Source: Tubulanus polymorphus (taxonomy: Eukaryota > Animalia > Nemertea). From it: a stretch of 64,000 nucleotides of DNA. The first letter of the stretch is position 1; each line of letters begins with the position of its first letter. The position numbers and the translations under genes were made by a program. The notes under the pieces were generated by a model. The model had not been told where the DNA came from. It ran no database searches and saw nothing but the letters and a program-made list of their open reading frames with translations. The DNA is taken from NCBI RefSeq assembly GCF_964204645.1, contig NC_134029.1:9450850-9514849 (forward strand). Reading direction: 5' to 3'. This document shows, piece by piece, positions 52,668 to 64,000 of this stretch.

Positions 52668-53519
52668 TAATAATAATAATATAAGGGTAATCCACGCAAC
52701 CACGCAGCCTCTCGATCCCAGCCACTTTATATAAGGGTAATCCACGCAACCACGCAGCCCCTCGATCCTAGCCACTTTATATGAGGGAAATCGGCGGGTA
52801 ATCCACGCATAAACCCAGCCCCTCGATCCTAGCCGCTTTATATGAGGGTAATCGGCGGGTAATCCACGCATATACCCAGCCCCTCGATCCCAGCCACTTT
52901 ATATAAGGGTAATTCATGCACCACACAGCCCCTCGATCCCAGCCAATTTATACAAGGGTAATCCAGGTACATACCCAGCCCCTCGATCCCAGCCACTTAA
53001 CATAAGGGTAATCCACGCATACACGCAGCCCCTCGATCCCAGCCAATTTATACAAGGGTAATCCAGGTACATACCCAGCCCCTCGATCCCAGCCACTTAA
53101 CATAAGGGTAATCCACGCATACACGCAGCCCCTCGATCCCAGCCACTTTATATAAGGGTAATCCACGCAAGGATTTGTCGGTTCGTTGGTTTGCCGGTAT
53201 GTCGGTTTGTCGGTTCGTCGGTATGTCGGTTTGTCGGTATGTCGGTTTGTCGGTATGTCGGTTCGTCGGTTTGTCGGTATGTCGGTTTGTCGGTATGTTG
53301 GTTCGTCGGTTCGTCGGTTGTCGGTTCGTCGGTTTGTCGGTTCGTCGGTTTGTCGGTATGTCGGTTCGTCGGTTTGTCTGTATGTCGGTATGTTCGCACG
53401 TCCCTATGGCGTAATGTCGTAAGATTCAATCAGTCCAATATTGGCGGATTAATTCCAAATACCAGTCCAATGTGATAAGTCCCTGCTGGAACTATTTAAT
53501 GCTATAATGGACTTGAGCC
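52304..53519. mobile_element. Merlin-like non-autonomous element filled with micro- and minisatellites
   Basis: Imperfect TIRs of about 32 bp, GG(T/C)TCAAGTCCA(G/T)TATAGC...; 8-bp TSD GATTTATA. Confidence 0.75.
52480..53170. repeat. Minisatellite with a unit of about 52 bp, plus a (TAA)n tract
   Basis: Unit ATAAGGGTAATCCACGCA...CAGCCCCTCGATCCCAGCCACTT repeated about a dozen times; (TAA)n at about 52612-52682. Confidence 0.9.
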
Positions 53520-53726
53520 GATTTATATACTGTAAGCTGAAATTGTCTCCATTGAGTTTCAACCCGGTGGTTTAGTTGGCAAAATACTGTACGTATATAT
53601 GTTTTCCCTTGGCTCCCATTATATCTTTTCCAGGTTACCATATTTGATAATTAGATGATTTATCGATCAGGTCAGTGAGTTACTAAAATTGGTGGTGCAT
53701 GTATCCGGGTGAGGCACATATATTAT

Positions 53727-53760
53727 ACTAGCAAAATACCCGTCCGCAGGACGGGTTAGA
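53727..53760 (-). other. Helitron-type 3' terminus (hairpin plus CTAG|T)
   Basis: Minus strand reads ACCCGTCCTGCGGACGGGT-ATTTTG-CTAGT. Confidence 0.4.
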
Positions 53761-54823
53761 TACGCGCTACAGCTACCAGAGTACTTCACAGAAGATTTGC
53801 CAAAATATCGTCAGCGGCGGATTCAGGATTTCAGATGCAGGGGTGCACACAGCGAAGCGTTGGGTCGAGGAGTTCCCCCTAAAGTTCTTTTGAATAAGAT
53901 GCGCCTGAGACGCATCTTGGGCACGGTTTGAGTGCATTACTTTTTCAACTCGTAAATTGAATAGCGATTTCATACTTCTACCCAGGAAAACCAAAAATCA
54001 AGAGATTGAGAGGCTGTGCACATACTCAAAGTGCACCCCTGGATCCCTTGCTCTGGAAATAATAATCGTTTCATTAATTCTGAAATGAGCACCATCTCCC
54101 GCTGAATACTGGGTATAGCCCTGACATGAAATAATTCGTAATACCTTTTGTAAAACCTTACAAAATATCGATGCTTGATTGTACACTATATAAATATCAG
54201 ACTTTCACTTAAATACAGTCCCGTGATTGATTTGAATATTTGAATTATGTAGGCCTATATAATAGTGCCTATATTCTCCAGGCCAATCTCCTTTATGGAA
54301 AATCATATATTTTCAGAAAGCCTCTTCTAATTTTTTCCAAATTCCATATATTCTAGTCTCATTATCTTCCATATCCCTGTATACACTGTCAGGTCTGCAG
54401 CCAGGGTTGAGATGCGTCGGGTGCGAACGCCGTGGTTTAGGTCCACAATTGTAGTTTATATCGCACCCCGCCCCCTTGGGGGGCCCTGACTATGGGACTG
54501 GCCGTACATGACAAAAAAAATCTTAATTTGCCGTACAAAATACGGGGAAAGCATACGGGTTGACAGGTATGCGGAATTACATTTTTCCTGCCTCTCCGGG
54601 CCTGCGATACTTCGTGGAATAATTTATCTGGTTGAACCATCAAGTTGAATTTGTATTATATTGTTATCAAGGTTTTCCGCTGAGGGGTTTGATTCCAAAA
54701 AGTATAGTTCTTTTTGGAACCAATTACATTGAATTATATTGCTCAAATATTCCAGGTCATTTAGCTAACCAAAAGGCAATATAGTTAAAGTTGTTTCTAA
54801 TTTTTGCCAAAGGGAAATAATGG

Positions 54824-55964
54824 TTTTTTGACGCCTTATAAAACGTTACCATTATGAAACCTAAACAATGTTAACCATTCAGCGTCATTTTACAAACGAC
54901 AACCGTAAATCGATGTGCAAAACGTCACAGGTTTATGTGTACACATACAAGCTATTTGGCAAAATATTATTGATAAAGATGTAGAATGGCTCCCTGTGAT
55001 TATATAATGACGTCTATTTGAACGTCGAAATGTTATATTGCATTGAATATCATGAGAAGACGTATTGTAATAGTAAAGGATGTATGATTATATCAGGAGC
55101 GGCAGGCATAAAAAGAAATGATAAGTAAATCGGACTATTCGGTTAAATGGCGGATGTATACACGATTTGGAAGTCTGATATAAAAGTCAGACCCTGACAT
55201 GGGGATGCTAGTGGAATGACGAAGCTATCTACGATCTGAGTAGGGCCGGCGTGAATTTCATCGGTGGCTACAAGCGGTCTATATAAAAACGTGTTAACAT
55301 ATAATTTCAATATTCAAATGTTTTAGAAAATATGTTCGATATAAGGGGTATGCAAGTTTCATGAGATTAGCAATTTATAATAGCATAGCTGTCATATACG
55401 GCTCCGCGTCCATTGATGGCATGTGTATAAGGTGACAATTCAATTCAATACTTTATTGATCCTTATTACACTGAAATTCCGGGATAAAATTTAAAAAACT
55501 TACAAATCTTAAAATAAGAAAATACAAAATACAAGACACACGGTTAATTCATACAGAATAACATGAATAAGTTCTTTAAATGACAATGTCTACTTCAACC
55601 CAGACTCAAGTCTAGGATATCGAGTGACAGCCAAACCGGGCCCCAGGACCGGGCCGGCTGGCTACACGATATGCTCAACGTCATGATGAAGCAAACATCC
55701 AAAGAACTCTTTCTTCAACCATGGAGGCAATGAAGTTGCAGACCAGCTTAGAGGCAAAAGTGAATCGAAGTCGGTCACAAGTTGACAATTTTTTTGAAAT
55801 TAGACCAGTTGAAGACTGTATCATCTACCCAATCGCCAAATCTCATAATTCCCCTAATTTCTTAAAACTTCGATTTCAAATTTGCAATTCCACATTAGCT
55901 TCTCCCAGAAATTCTACATTTTTTCGCAGGCGTCAAATAATTTATTGAAGTTAATTTTCTTGTT
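54824..55964 (+). mobile_element. Dispersed repeat family B, copy 3
   Basis: Same termini and colinear internal sequence as copy 2. Confidence 0.85.
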
Positions 55965-56029
55965 TATGTATGTATGATATTCCCGGGGGCTACCAGTCGG
56001 TAGAGGCATTGGATGCGCACTGACGTATC

Positions 56030-57752
<1,723 letters not shown>

Positions 57753-58211
57753 ATCATATCTCCAATTTAAATATCTAACCATATAACCCCATGATGACCC
57801 ACGGTTCCAAAATCCAAGAATTCACTTCAGGCGAATAGATCTTACGAATACACGCACTTAACAATGATAACAATATTGAAAATTAAGCCCGAAGGCAAGA
57901 GCTAACTGCTACATCGATTTGTTACGAGTATGATCACTATTTCGCGCGGCACCACTCTGATAAACCAATCAATCGCTTTTTTAACTTAGATTATAGAAAT
58001 CATTCATCGATTATCAAGTCATTCTCAATCCCACGAGCTATTCATAAAAACGTGATTGGAAGAGATCTTCGCTAAGAATGTTATCGTGACATTCTTGAAT
58101 TTTACACCCGCGCATTTACAAAAGTAATTGTTCGATGACGATCCAGTTATCACTGTGCTTCTAACCATACGTCGAAGGCATCTCGCCCTTAGTAGATAAT
58201 CTTTTCTTGCT

Positions 58212-58637
58212 ATGAATACATCAACCTATTCAACGACAACCCCGACTCTCAGCCCCCTTAAAGGATGTAAGGCAAACGGTTCAACGGAGTATCGAATGTT
58301 CATTGAGACAATAATCGGTCTACCCATTCAGTTTTTCGGGTTAGTCCTGAACGTTATTTGCTATTGCGTTTTACGGAAGCTGCCTTTCAATTCTGGTTAC
58401 TATGTTTTACAATTGCTCGCTATCACGGACGCTTTATTTCTACTAATCTCAATACCTGTGCACAGCGTTGGACTTTTGTGGGCTTACTTACGTTTCGGGA
58501 ATTTTTACAAGTACGAAGGTTGGAATCGATACCTTCCAGAAATCGACACAATTCTATTTCCGTCGATGTTTATTGTGATGACCATCAGGAATTGGTTGGT
58601 CGTACTACTGACCCTTATGAAAATGGTACACGTGTAA
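58212..58637 (+). pseudogene. Rhodopsin-class GPCR (FMRFamide-receptor-like expanded family), TM1-TM3 only, cut by an insertion
   Basis: N-glycosylation sites near the N-terminus, TM1 FGLVLNVI, TM2 LLAITDALFL, TM3 RNWLVVLLT. The frame runs into the TACACGTGTA array where the (D/E)RY motif should be. Confidence 0.7.
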
Positions 58638-59010
58638 TTGTAAATGAAAATACACGTGTATTTCAAGTACACGTGTAAAATTGGCCCACTTTTACACGTG
58701 TACTTTATCCCAATTACACGTGTACTTCATCCTAATTACACGTGTACTTCAAGTACACGTGTAAAATTGGCCCAATTTTACACGTGTACTTTATCCCAAT
58801 TACACGTGTACTTCATCCTAATTACACGTGTACTTCATCCTTATTACACGTGTACTTCATCCAAATTACACGTGTATTACACGTGTACTTCATCCTTATT
58901 ACACGTGTTTTTCATCTTGTATTACACGTGTACCTTATCCTAATTACATGTGTATTTCATCCAATATTACACGTGTCTTACACGTGTACTTCATGCTAAA
59001 TACAGGTGTC
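58627..59010. repeat. Array of the palindromic motif TACACGTGTA, probably transposon subterminal repeats
   Basis: More than 15 copies of TACACGTGTA with 11-22 bp spacing. Confidence 0.85.
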
Positions 59011-59451
59011 TTCAATTGCTATTTTTTGTTGAATTCAAATCAAACCACCATGTGAGGAAATCTCCTTAATCCATGTGCTGTTTAGAATGAACGTACTCAA
59101 GAGATTCACATTTTCCATACTAACTGATTTATTCATCTTCATAAATTTTATAAATCTTTGAGTAATGGCATGTCTTATGTTGGCCTCTTTCGCACCGTTC
59201 TCCTTTTGACATTGTTCTGAAATGATAACCATTTGAAAAAAATTAAGCAAAAGTATAAAATGATTTCTTTACCCGGATAAATAATTCAACTTCAGCTGCT
59301 TGGGATGATGATTGAATTCTGTAGCTTTTTCTAAGAGTCTTCTGCATATAACAGTTAACAGTTTTTGCACTCTTCAATGACTTGATTTTAAGCCATATGG
59401 TGAAATGCTTGACAATCTGGAAATTTCAATGTTCAACGCCACCTGATGAAA

Positions 59452-60250
59452 AACAAGGGGTCTAGGGACACCATGCCCATATGGTTTCGAATGCTAACCA
59501 ATCAACATAATAAAATAGAAACAGGACATTGAAACTCACCACTATCATAGAACATGTCACAAGCTACAATTTCATAATTGATCGATGTTATAAAGTATTC
59601 ATAGGTACAAAAATAAATTAGACAAATTGTATATAATTCAATATTCAACTCCCCCTGGTGGTGAGAACAAAAACCTGGGTAACCCCAATTCCACATGAGA
59701 TGAATACTACAACAGTGGTAACAATTATCAAATATCAAGACTATAAGTCAAAACCTGTTGATATTTTCCTTCAAAAACCTTTTTCTATCTATGAATAAGA
59801 ACTGATGACACTAAGATGGCTGCCAAATGTGTCACGCATGACTGATCGAAAAATCTGTCTCGTATGTTTTAGATTGTTAAGAATGTACACCCATTACAAA
59901 TTTCAAAGAAAAATTGCAAACCATTAGGCAGCTACAAGGCAAAAATGACCTTTTTGGGTACAAAAAAGGTCACATGATGGCCATCTTGTGTCAAGATTGA
60001 AGCATCTTCAAAATTTCCCTTGAAAACTTCAAAAAATTGCATAAGTGATGATTTTGGGGAACGAAAATGGCCAATGCAGTTGGCCATCTCGATTCGGACC
60101 AGTTTTGGGCTGGAGACATGGCTAGGATAGATATATGTATAACTTAAATATCAAGAGTATTAAAACCTCCCAAAATACTGGATTCCAACAACAGACGAAC
60201 AAAGGGTGAATGCAATAGCCCGCTTGGGCTAAAGTCTCAAATGGACTAAA
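59452..60250 (-). mobile_element. HINE-like family A, diverged copy
   Basis: GGGGTCTAGGGACACCATGCCCA...GCAATAGCCCGCTTGGGCTAAAGTCTCAA is colinear with 30752-32015; partial copies at about 10314-10411 and 15257-15510. Confidence 0.7.
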
Positions 60251-63200
60251 GCTGGGGACACATTAGGCAATTTCGTCGAGCACTTATGTTGTGCAACGAA
60301 ATCGTCAGTAAAATCACCTAATTTGTCAGGGTCTGCGCCGACTGAATCGCCCGAATCCAACACGTCCTTCGACTGAATCACCCAACGCATCAGGACACGG
60401 TGATTGTTCGCCTCGAGCGCCATATTAAACGTTAAACCCTCCCCTTTTCTGACCAAGTGCCCTTTTGAATCACAGGTGAAAAATTCCACCCTATGATCGA
60501 AGTGCACAAACCCCATACTACCGTTTCACACCGTGAGACCTGTATTGACTAGTGCCCTTTTCATAAGAGCTGAACCCTCGTTCTTCCAGCTTGGATCCGC
60601 CCCTGTAAATCAACAACAAATGAACGCTAGCCATTATATATTGAATTCATGTACTTACGTATTATTTAGCTGACCCGGTTTGGGTCCAACTTTTTTCCTC
60701 ATGGAAGACTTTCATTGCTTCGCATCCAGTCCAATGCCTTGACAATTAGTTCTTCTTTTAAATGAGTGGACGACAGCATGCATGCACCCAACAGTATTAG
60801 GTTTTCCGAATAATCAGCGTATGGCAGCAGCTGTTGTATCATTCAATAGTGAGTAGGCATCCTAAAATGAGAAGAATTTACAATGCTCACGCTGTAATCT
60901 ATACTAAAACCATTTCGACGCTCATATAATCTATTATGTAAATACCTGATTTTCATCACACTGTCATTGTTGAGAAATCAGTGGAAAATTGAAGGCTCTC
61001 TCGCGCTAACATCATTTTCCAACAATCCCCTGGTGGGCACATTTTTAAGCCAAAAAATGGGAATTCCAATTTAATAGTGTCGGCTTGGATCAATTCTTAT
61101 TGGTGTAGACCCTATAAAGTTTGAAAAAAAATGGTCAAGAATTGATTGCACTAACGTCGTTTTTGCCGACAATCGAAACTCCGACAGCGACCTAATTTCA
61201 TGTCCAGCATACAAATTTAATGGCGATGATGGGCGCACAACAAAATCAAAATGATCCTGCGGTTTTTAGATTGGATGAATAAACACCAAAGAAACTCCAT
61301 TTTTATCCCTCACGATTGGAATGATCACTCACAATTTTTTCACTGGACATTCAATCATTTAAGGCCTACTAATAACCATAACTAATTCAAATTCAATTCA
61401 ATACTAAAAATAAAGATTCTAGGCCTACAATATTTACTTAGTCATGTTAGTTTTCATTCCAATAAGCATATTCTTTTAGTGACCTTGTGGTGGCCTGAAG
61501 CCCAACACAATAAACGTTTACTTTACTACATGTACATAACAATAATAATACCTGAACAATCCACAACGCGTCCTTTAAACGCGGGATAATAAATCAAATG
61601 GCCTTCGACTTTTTCTGTTCCACTTCCATTCGAATCCACTCTAATGAATCTAATCATTCAATGATCCACTATGTGTTTCACCTCAAACAAAGAAGCAGTG
61701 TCACTTTTGGTCCAGTTGTCAATGATCCCCTATTATACATTGTCATCCAATGCGTTTTGCAATCATTATGAGAATATAATACTGAATAGATCGTGAAAGC
61801 CTGTGAAAACGGCGTGAAAACGTGTTGCTTAACAATGGCAATATGGCTGCCACCGCGCAGGGGTGCTTGGGAGTTTAATTGAAATAGATTATTTAATTAT
61901 TAATAAGTTTTACATCAGCATTTTAGTTCTTTTAGAATTTAAGAATAATCGTGATAAGTGATATTTAATTAGTAAAAAAATTACTTATACTAAGTTATTA
62001 TGAAGCTAAGGCAAAATCAATTAAGTAAGTTGAAAATAACGATTCAGTGAAGAAATGACGATCATTTAAATATACGCTGTATTATAAAAATAGACAAAAA
62101 GGTGCATGAATAAGGCCTGTTAGTATTTAATTCAACATTTAGATGAGATTATTTTGTCTAGGTTGTTTTTCTGTTCATTGAAAACCATTTAATCGGAGCT
62201 AGTCAGTTCGTCAGTGAGGTTTTCATTTTAGTAGTGTTCCAAAATGGAAGACAAATAACATAAAGATGCACTTTTTAGTGGAAAAATTACCGGTAAATAT
62301 CGATGTATACCAACCGAATTCGTCTTTTGCAAGCATGGAGTTTGAAAAAGAAATTGCAAGTAGAAGGCCAGTTAAAATACGCGAGTAGGCCTACATGTTA
62401 AACATTTGGAGGTAAGATCATTTTAAATCTAAGCAAATCAAATTGACTTTATTGGTCCTTATCAATAATAATGTTAAACAAGTAAATTATTGGTTTGACA
62501 GTTCAATAAAGTTGACAGGACAAACAAGAGACATGGAGAATTATGCTATTGCATAGGCCAATTGTTTAGTTTAATGTTAATGTTGTTAGTTTTCACAAGC
62601 GGGCTCAGTGCTAATTGAGGGGATGGCCTCTGTCTGTCTCAGTGTCTGTATATTGGACGATCGCATTGTACCACATACTTTTTATGTGTATAACATACAA
62701 AATATGGTGTATACATATATAATGGATAATGTATGATAGACAATGCTAGGTATTTCGTATATAAGCCCTTACAGACAAAAAATCCAGGTCCGATCTGGTA
62801 CGTTATGCATGTTCATCGCAACAATAGGCTACGAAATCGCTAGCTGGAAACCAACCTACGTATAGGCCTACTGTAGCCTTAAGTTCTATATGCTTGGGAA
62901 TAATTTATTCTCAAATTACTTCTTGTTTTGTAGTTTGTAATATGTTGCTAAATGATGGACATTTTGATTTTTCAAGAAGTCGATTTTGAGAATCTGGAAG
63001 ATTTAAGAATTGAAAATGGCCACAATCCACCAATAATGCAGACAATGGTTGTGACGACGTAAGTTAGTAATACAGTGCCTTATGACTAAAGTGAATGCAA
63101 TCATAATTGCCAATCTACTCATCCGATATGAACTTGACCAATCACCAAAATGTTTAATCTGTTTTGCAGCCACAGCTCATTGATGGAAATAGATGATCCT

Positions 63201-64000
63201 CTCCACACAAATGCTGAGGTGACCCTTCGTGGGGCTGTTACTACTATTATGATGTTCTCCCTCAAAGCTGGATCCACATCAACTGTTTTGACTGGATTGT
63301 TGGATCGGTTGAATTTACTGTTACTGAGAAGCGGTTCTACGCAGTTCTAAATGCCTATTTTGAAAAGATTTTCTCTATGTGCGGAGGTGAACAAATATTA
63401 CTGCGCTGTATGTAAGACATTATTAAAAAAACTGCAGGTATGATACAAATGTTCATTATGTGATATACAGTACGATAAGGCAACATTAGAGGAAAAAGGA
63501 CATTTTTTGTGTATGGGCCTACAAGGAAAGCAGAACACTTGGAGCTGGTGACAGCAATATATTCAACATTTTTCATAAATAACATTGTAATTCGGGGCTT
63601 GGGCAGTCCCCTAAGCCTCTAGTTATCTTGATAATAAATGAAATATCCAAAATTTTTTGTTCAGATCATGATTTTTGTGAAACAGTTTTTGGATTTATTC
63701 AGAGGGCAACAAAGACATGTGCTTCATTCATACAGGATCCAATCTAGTCAATACAGGACAAACAACATGATTTTTTGACATGGCATCCTGGAAAAAGCTA
63801 CTAAATGAGGATCAAACAATTAAAAAGACAGGAGATTCCTTCAATTCTCCGAACATTACATGCAAAATCTTACTTTTTATGAAATCATGTGAAGCTAAAT
63901 GATGTAATTACAAATTTTATTGCAGTTTACAAAAGTGACCAATTATGAGAAACAAGGTACATGTATAATTTTTTAGCCAAGGTACATGCATCCAGATTGC

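Noticed and set aside
52480-53170. CRISPR-like repeat array
   Set aside because: Units are contiguous with no unique spacers, there are no cas genes, and the context is eukaryotic.
58627-59055. CRISPR array or repetitive proteins (ORFs 58644, 58742, 58828)
   Set aside because: Short degenerate tandem motif; the ORFs are translations of the repeat.

Overview
AT-rich invertebrate animal genomic DNA (GT-AG introns; probably a lophotrochozoan, by inference). Four intact genes can be rebuilt exon by exon. (1) DDX10/DBP4 helicase, +, 662-10195, 5' end outside the window. (2) CSPG4/NG2/kon-tiki proteoglycan, -, three coding exons 38845 to 16428, about 2412 aa. (3) NSA2, +, 39396-46062, 260 aa, with an ATG-only first coding exon and arranged head-to-head with CSPG4. 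(4) A secreted plant-type polyamine oxidase, -, 50632 to 48738, 469 aa. There is also a GPCR gene truncated by an insertion, a probable GPCR pseudogene and a decayed LINE. Non-autonomous DNA transposons with readable TIRs and TSDs are dense (P-like, MULE-like, piggyBac-like, Harbinger, Merlin-like, hAT-like, Tc1/pogo, Helentron-type). The most unusual item is a 2.2-kb TIR element with a 7-bp TSD in CSPG4 intron 1. It holds the 5' ends of two convergent spliced genes, one starting with a RAG1-N-terminal/Chapaev-like zinc finger. Superfamily calls rest on terminal motifs read by eye; no database search was run.
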